Source of the DNA: an uncultured Flavobacteriales bacterium
GTDB lineage: Bacteria > Bacteroidota > Bacteroidia > Flavobacteriales > UBA7312
Direction of reading: 5' to 3'
Assembly: GCA_913048435.1 (NCBI GenBank)
Contig: CAJWWC010000005.1
Coordinates: 15,148 to 79,147 of the forward strand
DNA: 64,000 nt
This document shows, one piece after another, positions 56,751-64,000 of this stretch. Each line of letters begins with the position of its first letter. Position 1 is the first letter of the stretch. The notes under the pieces are model-generated. The model made no database searches and was not told where the DNA came from. It was given only the letters and a program-made list of their open reading frames with translations. The translations under genes and the position numbers were made by a program.

Positions 56751-57150
56751 ATAATTTTCTACTTTCAATAAATTTTCGTAAAAACTTTTTGTGGCCTTTT
56801 TTATCTACAATCTTTAATTTTATAGTGTGATTATTTTGTTGAACTTCTAATATTCCATCATTATTTAGAAAGCTGACTTGGTTGTAACGAGACATTATCA
56901 CATACTCTTCATTTTTATGTCTGAAATATATTGCTACACCTTTGATACGTAACTCAAATGTACAGTACACTAAATCTGTATATTCTTCAAAATCTATCTC
57001 AAAACTTTTTGGACTTATTTTTAACAGAAGGTATTTAGGAGAACCATAAAAACCATTTTTGATTTTTTGTAACAAGCTGTAAGGATTACCACAAATGGTG
57101 AATAAATTTTCTCTGATTTTTTTTTGATTTTGACTTGTTTTAAATAGCAT
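56740..57150 (-). CDS. Hypothetical protein (136 aa from the internal ATG)
   Basis: MLFKTSQNQKKIREN... There are no recognisable motifs. It converges on the regulator gene with an 11-nt 3-prime overlap. A TAATTTTG -7 box (plus-strand CAAAATTA, 57169-57176) lies inside the spacer of operator copy 3. Confidence 0.45.
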   Translation of the reverse strand: MLFKTSQNQKKIRENLFTICGNPYSLLQKIKNGFYGSPKYLLLKISPKSFEIDFEEYTDLVYCTFELRIKGVAIYFRHKNEEYVIMSRYNQVSFLNNDGILEVQQNNHTIKLKIVDKKGHKKFLRKFIESRKLSMK

Positions 57151-57158
57151 AATTGTAT

Positions 57159-57194
57159 ATTTGTATAACAAAATTAGCAAAAAGTTATACAATA
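57159..57194. promoter_or_regulatory. Operator copy 3: ATTTGTATAA-N16-TTATACAATA, with extra half-sites TTGTATA (57153-57159) and TTATACAA (57219-57226)
   Basis: Read directly from the sequence. It lies in the divergent region between the hypothetical gene (minus) and the SRPBCC gene (plus). Confidence 0.65.
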
Positions 57195-57232
57195 ATATCA
57201 TTTTTTTATAAATTGAGTTTATACAATAGATT

Positions 57233-57694
57233 ATGGCGCATTATCAACTTCTAAAAGAACAGTTCCTAAAAACTGATATTGACATTATTTGGGATTTTGC
57301 ATCATCTCCAGCAAATCTTAAGGAAATCACTCCCGATTATATGTTATTTGATATTACATCAAAAGATTTGCCTGAAAAAATGTACCCAGGAATGATTATA
57401 ACTTATAAAGTTTCCCCTTTGTTTAATATTAAGATGAATTGGGTAACCGAAATAACACAGGTTAAAGACAAACATTTTTTTATTGATGAGCAGCGTTTAG
57501 GTCCTTACAAAATGTGGCATCATCAGCATTTTTTCGAAGAAAAAGATGGTGGTGTTTTAATGACTGATATTGTCACTTATATTCCTCCATTTGGTATACT
57601 TGGTGACATTGCTAATGTTGTGCTTATCAAAAAACAGTTGAAAGGTATTTTTGACTATAGATTTAAAGTAATGGATGAAAAATTTAATCAATAG
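57233..57694 (+). CDS. SRPBCC-superfamily ligand-binding protein
   Basis: 153 aa. The pattern ...PGMIITYKVSP...LGPYKMWHHQHFFEE... is typical of the cyclase/dehydrase-like SRPBCC proteins found next to photolyase genes. The assignment is from memory. Confidence 0.55.
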   Translation: MAHYQLLKEQFLKTDIDIIWDFASSPANLKEITPDYMLFDITSKDLPEKMYPGMIITYKVSPLFNIKMNWVTEITQVKDKHFFIDEQRLGPYKMWHHQHFFEEKDGGVLMTDIVTYIPPFGILGDIANVVLIKKQLKGIFDYRFKVMDEKFNQ

Positions 57695-57696
57695 TC

Positions 57697-58176
57697 ATGA
57701 AGAGACCTTGGAATATTATTAGCCCTCCTGTTTATAGTTTAGTAACTTATGACGAACAGGGAAAAGTCAATATGAATATTTGCACTTATGTTTCGGCAGT
57801 TAGTATGAAGCCTAAAATGTATTCTGTTGCCATAGATTATACTTCCAAAACCTATAAGAATTTAGAAAAATCATCGAAAGTTGTTCTTCAGTTGTTAAGT
57901 GCTTCTAATCTCAAGGTTATAAGGAAATTAGGTAAAATTAGTGGTAAGCTATTTGACAAAGATCGTTATCTAAACTCATACAATTTACTTCATTCTTGGA
58001 AAGATTACAATGTGTTAAAAGAAACTTGTGCATTAATTGAGTTAGAAAAAAAATCGGTAGTCAATAATCATGGTGACCATGCTATTTTTTTCTTTGACGT
58101 TACTGCCTTTAAGACCATTTCTGAAAAAAATGTCCTTTCATTTCAAGACTTAGTAGATAACAGAATAATACTATAA
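57697..58176 (+). CDS. Flavin reductase-like (FMN-binding split barrel) protein
   Basis: 159 aa. VYSLVTYDEQGKVNMNICTYVSAVSMKP resembles the PF01613-type N-terminus. Confidence 0.6.
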   Translation: MKRPWNIISPPVYSLVTYDEQGKVNMNICTYVSAVSMKPKMYSVAIDYTSKTYKNLEKSSKVVLQLLSASNLKVIRKLGKISGKLFDKDRYLNSYNLLHSWKDYNVLKETCALIELEKKSVVNNHGDHAIFFFDVTAFKTISEKNVLSFQDLVDNRIIL

Positions 58177-58178
58177 TT

Positions 58179-58811
58179 ATGCATCTAACAAAAGAGCTAA
58201 TACAGCAAACCTCACGAATCAAGCGCCTCAATATAATTAATTCTATTACCGGGGTTAAGCCTGCAAATTTAATTGCTAGTATTTCTGAGATTGGGCATAG
58301 TAACTTAGCTATCTTTAGCTCTGTAGTCCATTTGGGAAGCAATCCTGCTCTTTTGGGTTTTATTTTACGACCTCAGCACGAAATTAGGAGGGATACTTAT
58401 GATAATATCATGCAAACGAAATATTATACTATTAATCATATTCCATCTGAATATGTTAAAAATGCTCATTATACATCGGCTAAATTTGAAAAGGGTGATT
58501 CAGAATTTGAAAGGTGCAAGTTTACCGAAGAATATTTATTTGATTTTAATGCACCTTTTGTTAAAGAAAGCCGAGCCAAGATTGGCTTAAAGTTAGAAGA
58601 AATGTTACCCATAGAGCTGAATAAATGTGTGATGGTTATTGGTTCCATACAGCATTTATGGGTTGATGATATCGCAGTCGAAGACGATGGTCAAATCAAT
58701 TTAGAGTTGTTAGATGATATTGGAATTGGAGGTTTGAATAGTTACTATAAATTAAAGCGTATTGCTCAGTTTCCCTATGCAAGAGTCAATGAATTACCTG
58801 ATTTTAAGTAG
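58179..58811 (+). CDS. Flavin reductase-like domain protein (second, longer paralogue type)
   Basis: 210 aa, with INSITGVKPANLIASISEIGHSNLAIFSSVVHLGSNP. Confidence 0.55.
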   Translation: MHLTKELIQQTSRIKRLNIINSITGVKPANLIASISEIGHSNLAIFSSVVHLGSNPALLGFILRPQHEIRRDTYDNIMQTKYYTINHIPSEYVKNAHYTSAKFEKGDSEFERCKFTEEYLFDFNAPFVKESRAKIGLKLEEMLPIELNKCVMVIGSIQHLWVDDIAVEDDGQINLELLDDIGIGGLNSYYKLKRIAQFPYARVNELPDFK

Positions 58812-58955
58812 ATGATGAGAAAGCCTCTGCCAAATAAAAACTGTTTGGTTTGTCTAAAACCTTTTTCTTGGCGTAAGAAGTGGGAACGGGTTTGGGATGA
58901 TGTAAAATATTGCAGTGAACGTTGCAGAAGAAATAAAAATAACAAGAATGAATAG
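58812..58955 (+). CDS. DUF2256 small Cys4 protein
   Basis: Manual translation gives [47 protein letters not shown] (47 aa, C-x2-C-x19-C-x3-C). The WRKKW...VKYCS..C signature matches my memory of DUF2256. It is below the ORF-track cut-off. Confidence 0.7.
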   Translation: MMRKPLPNKNCLVCLKPFSWRKKWERVWDDVKYCSERCRRNKNNKNE

Positions 58956-60435
58956 TGTTAATATAATTTTTCCTAATCAGCTTTTTAAGCACAGTGATTT
59001 ATTGAATAATACTTACCCTGTATTTCTAGTTGAGGAATATTTATTTTTTAATCACTATCAATTTCACAAGCAAAAATTAGCCTTTCACAGAGCAAGTATG
59101 CAGTTTTATAAATCTTATCTACAAGATTTAGGCAAGACGGTTAATTATATTTCGGCCATAGATTCTAATTCGGATATTCGCAGACTTTTGAAAAAGTTAA
59201 TTTCTGAGGGTGTTAAAGAAATTTATTTGATTAATCCTGTTGACTATTGGTTAGAAAAACGAATTTCGAATGCTACTAAAGATATCCAATGTGTCTTTTA
59301 TGAAAGCCCTTATTTCATTAATCAGTCTGACGAGTATTCTGAATTTTTCAAAACAACAAAAAAGAAGTTTTTTCAAACCTCATTTTATATAGAACAACGT
59401 AAAAAATTAGGTATTTTACTAGAAAAAAATTCTTCTCCAATAGGGGGCAAGTGGAGTTATGATACAGAAAACAGAAAGAAATATCCAAAAGGTAAAACAC
59501 CACCTAAAATTACTGAAATTGAGTCCAATGATTTTTACATTGAGGCAGTAAGTTATGTCAAAAGCAATTTTTCTGATAATCCTGGAGAGTTATCTCAGAC
59601 TCCAATTTATCCCAATGATCATCAGCAATCTATTGAATGGCTTAATGATTTTTTAGACCAACGATTTCATGACTTTGGTATTTATGAAGATGCTATCGTA
59701 GATTCAGAACATTTCCTTAATCACAGTGTTCTTACGCCAATGTTAAACGTCGGTTTGCTAACACCTTTACAAATTATTGATAGTGTCTTAGAATACACCA
59801 AACAAAATGATATACCTTTAAATTCTTTGGAGGGCTTCATACGACAAATCATTGGATGGAGAGAGTTCATTAGAGGTATCTATGTGGCCAAAGGAACAGA
59901 AGAAAGGAATCGTAATTTTTTTCAGCACAAACGAAAAATACCCCCATCTTTTTATGATGGCACAACTGGTATTGTTCCTATTGATACGACTATACATAAA
60001 TTATTAAAAACAGGTTATGCCCATCACATTGAGCGACTAATGATATTAGGTAATTTTATGTTGTTATGTGAGTTTGATCCTGATGAAATATACCGTTGGT
60101 TCATGGAGCTATTCATAGACTCTTATGATTGGGTAATGGTACCAAATGTATATGGCATGAGTCAATTTGCTGATGGTGGTTTAATGTCCACTAAGCCTTA
60201 TATTAGTAGTAGTAATTACTTAAAAAAAATGAGTAATTACAAAAAGGCTCAATGGCAAGAAATATGGGATGCTTTATATTGGCGTTTCATAAATAAGCAT
60301 AGAGAATTATTTAATAAAAACATTAGAATGAAATTTATGGTTTCTATGTATGATAAAATGTTGACTCAAAAAAAAGAAAAATTCGTCATTATTGCAGACA
60401 ATTATTTTAAGTCTTTAGACGTTGACCCCAATTAA
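58948..60435 (+). CDS. Cryptochrome/photolyase-related protein of the COG3046 / FeS-BCP ((6-4) photolyase PhrB/CryB-like) family, without the cluster cysteines
   Basis: IFPNQLF start, [30 protein letters not shown] and [12 protein letters not shown] motifs. The ATG at 58948 ([13 protein letters not shown]) overlaps the DUF2256 stop by 8 nt and is preferred over 58915. Confidence 0.8.
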   Translation: MNSVNIIFPNQLFKHSDLLNNTYPVFLVEEYLFFNHYQFHKQKLAFHRASMQFYKSYLQDLGKTVNYISAIDSNSDIRRLLKKLISEGVKEIYLINPVDYWLEKRISNATKDIQCVFYESPYFINQSDEYSEFFKTTKKKFFQTSFYIEQRKKLGILLEKNSSPIGGKWSYDTENRKKYPKGKTPPKITEIESNDFYIEAVSYVKSNFSDNPGELSQTPIYPNDHQQSIEWLNDFLDQRFHDFGIYEDAIVDSEHFLNHSVLTPMLNVGLLTPLQIIDSVLEYTKQNDIPLNSLEGFIRQIIGWREFIRGIYVAKGTEERNRNFFQHKRKIPPSFYDGTTGIVPIDTTIHKLLKTGYAHHIERLMILGNFMLLCEFDPDEIYRWFMELFIDSYDWVMVPNVYGMSQFADGGLMSTKPYISSSNYLKKMSNYKKAQWQEIWDALYWRFINKHRELFNKNIRMKFMVSMYDKMLTQKKEKFVIIADNYFKSLDVDPN

Positions 60436-60450
60436 AAATAATTACAATAT

Positions 60451-61698
60451 ATGGCTAGAATTATATTCACAACAGTACTAATTGGTTTCATTTTAAGTCT
60501 TGACCTTTACGTTTGGTCAGCTTTCAAAACACAACTTATTGAAAGACCTTTCTTGAAATATACGTTTTGGTTAATTTCTTTGATGACTATAATTTTTATG
60601 TATTATCCTGCCATCAACACCAATATGACACTATATCCCAATTACATCGTAATTATTTTTGGCTTTATATTTACTATAATTTGTTCAAAGTTAGCTATGG
60701 TACTTCCATTACTAATTGACGATTTATTACGTCTCTTCAAATACGTATATAGAGTTATTTTTACACAAAATAGTCTTTCAGTGTTAGGTCAGCCCATAAG
60801 CAGATTAGACTTTTTAAAAAATACAGCTTTGGGTGTTGGAGTATTGACCTTTTCAACCTTTACATACGGTATTCTTGTTGGTCGTTTCAATTTTAAAAAA
60901 CACTTTGTAGACATAGCATTGAAGAATTTTCCAAAGGGAGCAAAAACTTTAAAAATTGTTCAAATATCCGATCTACATTTAGGAAGTTTTAATAGAAAAG
61001 ATAAGCTAATGGATGCCGTTGAATTGATAAATGAAGAAAATCCTGATTTGATTTTTTTTACAGGTGATTTAGTTAATAACCACGCTTCAGAGGCCGCCCC
61101 TTTTGTAGAAGTTCTTAAAAAGCTCAAAGCTAAATACGGTAAATATGCAGTTTTAGGTAATCACGATTATGCCGACTACATTAGTTTAGATTTGAAGTCT
61201 GATGAAGGAAGGTCAAAGTGGCAAAGTAATTTTGATGAAATACAACAGCATTTCACCAATTCAGATTTTAACCTTTTATTGAATGAAACCCGATTAATAA
61301 ATATTGATGGATTAGAGATAAATGTTGTTGGAGTAGAAAATTGGGGCGATGGTAGATTTTCAAAATATGGTGATTTAGAGAAAGCCATGATCTCCGTAAA
61401 AGAAGGAATACCAACTTTTTTACTTTCTCATGACCCAACCCATTGGACAAACAAAGTTCTACCATTTTCAAAGCATGTGGACTTACAACTAGCCGGTCAT
61501 ACTCACGGTATGCAATTTGGGATAGAAATAAGAGGTGTCAAATGGAGCCCTTCTCAATGGAAATATAAATTTTGGGCTGGTCTTTATCAAATCAAGGATC
61601 AATATCTTTATGTTAATAGAGGTATAGGTCATTTGGGTTATCCCGGAAGAGTAGGTATTATGCCTGAAATTACAGTTTTAAACGTTCAGTCAACCTAA
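60451..61698 (+). CDS. Membrane-anchored metallophosphoesterase (YkuE/YaeI-like)
   Basis: Four N-terminal TM helices, then SDLHLG, GDLVN, GNHD and GHTHG calcineurin-like motifs. Confidence 0.8.
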   Translation: MARIIFTTVLIGFILSLDLYVWSAFKTQLIERPFLKYTFWLISLMTIIFMYYPAINTNMTLYPNYIVIIFGFIFTIICSKLAMVLPLLIDDLLRLFKYVYRVIFTQNSLSVLGQPISRLDFLKNTALGVGVLTFSTFTYGILVGRFNFKKHFVDIALKNFPKGAKTLKIVQISDLHLGSFNRKDKLMDAVELINEENPDLIFFTGDLVNNHASEAAPFVEVLKKLKAKYGKYAVLGNHDYADYISLDLKSDEGRSKWQSNFDEIQQHFTNSDFNLLLNETRLINIDGLEINVVGVENWGDGRFSKYGDLEKAMISVKEGIPTFLLSHDPTHWTNKVLPFSKHVDLQLAGHTHGMQFGIEIRGVKWSPSQWKYKFWAGLYQIKDQYLYVNRGIGHLGYPGRVGIMPEITVLNVQST

Positions 61699-61708
61699 CA
61701 AACTATAT

Positions 61709-64000
61709 ATGAAGTATTACTTTTCATTAATATTATTTCTTTTATCTCTGAGTTTACATTCTCAAACGGTTAGAGTTTATGGTAGCGTTAAGAACGCACT
61801 AAATAACGAGCCTATACCTTTTGCTAATGTAATAATAGACGGTACTTCTAAAGGAGCCACTACGGATATTGATGGTAATTTTGAGTTGTTTGAAATTGAA
61901 CCAGGTCTGTATAATTTTAAATGTAGTTACATAGGTTTCAATACTGACTTAAAAGTTGAAATAAAATTAACGCCTAACAAGAATTTAAGATTAGATTTTG
62001 CATTAACAGAAAATGCTCAAATCATTGATGAGGTACAAGTGACTGCCAATACCTTCAACAAAACAGAAGAAAGTCCAACAAGTTTGCGAACAATTAACGC
62101 ATCAGAAATCCTGAGAAGCCCGGGAGGAAATCGAGACATTTCAAAGGTAATAGCCAATTTACCAGGTGTTTCAAGCTCGCCTTCTTTTAGGAATGATATT
62201 GTTATTCGTGGTGGTGCTCCCAATGAAAATCGTTTTTTTCTAGATGGTGTAGAAATTCCAAATATCAATCACTTTGCAACACAAGGTTCTTCGGGAGGAC
62301 CTGTTGGGATTTTAAACGTGAATTTTATTAGAGAGGTGGACTTTTATTCAGGTACTTTTCCTGCCAATAGGGGCAATGCCTTGAGTTCGGTAATGGAGCT
62401 TAAACAAATTGAAGGAAGTGATGAAGACTTTAGTGCCTCATTTATGGTAGGTTCTAGTGATGCCGGCCTTACAATTAATACGCCTTTGTCCGAAAAGTCA
62501 AGTCTATTGTTATCTGCTAGACGCTCGTATTTACAATTTTTATTTAAGGCCTTACAATTACCTTTTTTACCGACTTATAACGATATACAATTGAAATTTA
62601 CATTTAAGTCTAATCCTAAAAATCAATTCAATGTGATAGGTTTAGCAGCTATTGATAACTTTTCCTTAAACCCAGAGGCCAATGAAGGAATTGATGACCC
62701 GCAAAAGTTAGCTCAAAACGAATATACGCTCAATAATTTACCTGTCAATGAGCAGTGGAATTATACTCTAGGTGGAACTTGGAAACGTTTTTTTGATAAT
62801 TCTAATTTATTTGTGGTAATTAGTCGTAGTCATTTAAATAACACTGCAGTTAAACATAAAGATTATACTGATTTGACTTCTACAAAAATTATTGACTATC
62901 AATCACAAGAAATAGAAAATAAATCTAGAATAGAATATAATTTTAGAGAAAATAATATTAAGTTTAATCTTGGTTTAAACTTAGAAGACGCTACTTATTT
63001 AAATTCTACACAGCGTATTTTAACCTCAGGCGATTCTATTTATACTAAGTTAGTAGAAACTGACTTACACTTTATGAAATATGGTGCTTTTGCTCAATTG
63101 AGTAAGACCTATTTAGTGGATAGATTAGTCACTTCTTTGGGTTTAAGAATTGATGGTAATAGCTTTACCGATAATACGACTACTCCTAATTTTTCACCAC
63201 GTCTTTCCTTATCCTTCAACTTTTCAGGTAAATCTAGCTTGAATGCTAATTTAGGACGATATTATCAGTTGCCAGCCTATACTATTTTGGGCTATGGTAT
63301 AAACAATAACTTTTTTAATCAAGACGCCGAATATATAAGATGTGACCATGCTGTTTTAGGTTTAGAATATAATCCTTCCAATTACAGTAAAATAACACTA
63401 GAGACATTTTACAAGCAATACTTCAATTATCCTTTTTCAATAATTGACAGTATTTCTCTAGCCAATTTAGGTGGCGACTTTGGTGTAATCGGCAACGAAG
63501 ATATTTCTTCCACTTCTCAAGGTCGAAGTTATGGATTGGAGTTTCTTGCACAACAAAAATTAAGCTCATCAATTTATGGTATAATGTCTGTGACGTATTA
63601 TAGAAGTGAGTTCGAAGATAAAAATGGTGAGCTTATTCCTTCGGCTTGGGACAACCGTTTTATTTTTAATATGACAGCAGGTAAAAAATTTAAAAGAAAT
63701 ATAGAGTTAGGATTGAAATTTCGCTACTCTGGAGGTGCTCCTTACACGCCTATTGATTTGGCAACATCAAGTAATATGACCATTTGGAATATCAATCAAA
63801 GAGGAGTGTTGAATTATGATGCATTAAACACAGAGCGACTCAAAAATATTCACGGCGTAGATTTGCGATTAGATAAGAAATGGTATTTTAACAAATGGAG
63901 TTTGAACGCCTATATTGATGTGGAGAATCTATATAACTTTAAAATACAATTACCATCCGAAGTCGGAATTGATTCGGAGATAGGAGATGAAATATACACT
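61709..64000 (+). CDS. TonB-dependent receptor with an N-terminal carboxypeptidase-regulatory-like domain (partial; runs off the right edge)
   Basis: Manual translation from the ATG at 61709 gives MKYYFSLILFLLSLSLHSQTVRVYGSVKNALNNEPIPFANVIIDGTSKGATTDIDGNFE... The plug region reads LRSPGGNRDISKVIANLPGV...IRGGAPNENRFFLDGVEI. The frame stays open to position 64000. Confidence 0.8.
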   Translation, partial: MKYYFSLILFLLSLSLHSQTVRVYGSVKNALNNEPIPFANVIIDGTSKGATTDIDGNFELFEIEPGLYNFKCSYIGFNTDLKVEIKLTPNKNLRLDFALTENAQIIDEVQVTANTFNKTEESPTSLRTINASEILRSPGGNRDISKVIANLPGVSSSPSFRNDIVIRGGAPNENRFFLDGVEIPNINHFATQGSSGGPVGILNVNFIREVDFYSGTFPANRGNALSSVMELKQIEGSDEDFSASFMVGSSDAGLTINTPLSEKSSLLLSARRSYLQFLFKALQLPFLPTYNDIQLKFTFKSNPKNQFNVIGLAAIDNFSLNPEANEGIDDPQKLAQNEYTLNNLPVNEQWNYTLGGTWKRFFDNSNLFVVISRSHLNNTAVKHKDYTDLTSTKIIDYQSQEIENKSRIEYNFRENNIKFNLGLNLEDATYLNSTQRILTSGDSIYTKLVETDLHFMKYGAFAQLSKTYLVDRLVTSLGLRIDGNSFTDNTTTPNFSPRLSLSFNFSGKSSLNANLGRYYQLPAYTILGYGINNNFFNQDAEYIRCDHAVLGLEYNPSNYSKITLETFYKQYFNYPFSIIDSISLANLGGDFGVIGNEDISSTSQGRSYGLEFLAQQKLSSSIYGIMSVTYYRSEFEDKNGELIPSAWDNRFIFNMTAGKKFKRNIELGLKFRYSGGAPYTPIDLATSSNMTIWNINQRGVLNYDALNTERLKNIHGVDLRLDKKWYFNKWSLNAYIDVENLYNFKIQLPSEVGIDSEIGDEIYT

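Noticed and set aside
58915-58947. Upstream ATG (58915) given by the ORF track for the photolyase-like gene
   Set aside because: It would overlap the DUF2256 ORF by 41 nt and add [11 protein letters not shown] ahead of the family-typical [13 protein letters not shown] start. The ATG at 58948 gives an 8-nt coupled overlap.
58804-58992. 62-aa minus-strand ORF between the flavin-reductase-like and photolyase-like genes
   Set aside because: The plus strand of the same DNA encodes a 47-aa peptide with the DUF2256 Cys4 signature, in operon orientation and with start/stop coupling on both sides.
15794-62268. Further short nested ORFs from the track. Examples: 15794-16039, 17455-17649, 18576-18779, 20051-20239, 21215-21529, 21927-22202, 24571-24759, 27809-28090, 28618-28827, 29188-29379, 31415-31606, 32670-32930, 34363-34554, 40898-41083, 41633-41956, 42900-43136, 44720-44902, 46780-46968, 47772-47978, 48954-49136, 50219-50440, 50579-50851, 52292-52483, 52631-52873, 54283-54465, 58109-58342, 58399-58590, 61176-61388, 61268-61471, 62017-62268
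   Set aside because: Same reasoning as above. They are embedded in well-supported genes on the other strand or in another frame.
1-64000. Mobile elements, CRISPR arrays, defence islands, tRNA/rRNA genes, riboswitches
   Set aside because: No transposase, integrase, recombinase, Cas or restriction-like ORF was seen, and no array of regularly spaced repeats. No intergenic region is long or GC-rich enough to hold a tRNA or a known riboswitch. The longest gaps (3141-3335, 26166-26298, 33766-33911, 43740-43848, 55572-55711) are AT-rich promoter-like DNA. This was inspection by eye, not a covariance-model search.

Overview
AT-rich chromosomal segment (GC judged by eye only) from a Bacteroidota organism, most likely an aquatic or marine Flavobacteriia-type bacterium. 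Support for that placement: an SprA type IX secretion (T9SS) translocon, several proteins with T9SS C-terminal sorting domains, TAnnTTTG -7 promoter boxes, and lipoproteins with acidic residues after the lipobox Cys. I count about 65 protein-coding genes. By eye I saw no tRNA, rRNA, CRISPR array, transposase or integrase.

Layout, left to right:
- 1-4.0 kb: thioredoxin-fold proteins and T9SS cargo.
- 4.1-16.5 kb: housekeeping genes (maeB, ruvA, sprA, gcvH, VanZ-like, TonB-like, deoC).
- 16.5-26.2 kb: a Wzx/Wzy-type polysaccharide locus with two sulfotransferases.
- 26.3-30.4 kb: a cytochrome oxidase subunit and assembly operon.
- 30.4-33.8 kb: TolC, HlyD and tsaB.
- 34.3-43.7 kb: a long minus-strand gene string that includes a tight five-gene block of exported proteins of unknown function.
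- 43.8-61.7 kb: what I read as a compact light-response regulon.
- 61.7-64.0 kb: a partial TonB-dependent receptor.

Strongest observation: the same 36-bp inverted repeat (consensus TTTTGTATAA-N16-TTATACAAAA) occurs three times with identical spacing. All three copies lie in intergenic promoter regions (two of them divergent) around a CarH-type B12 photoreceptor-regulator gene. The flanking genes are a pterin plus carotenoid operon, an SDR plus RND-type exporter, a blue-copper/fasciclin T9SS protein, the regulator itself with a small upstream ORF, and an SRPBCC / flavin-reductase / DUF2256 / photolyase-like operon.

Second candidate: a five-gene operon at 36810-40825. It encodes four predicted surface lipoproteins (five DUF4214-like repeats and a Planctomycete-cytochrome-like domain with a CX4CH motif) plus a Tat-exported DUF1501 protein.

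All family assignments come from motifs read in the supplied translations and from memory of those families. No database search was run, so novelty is unverified.
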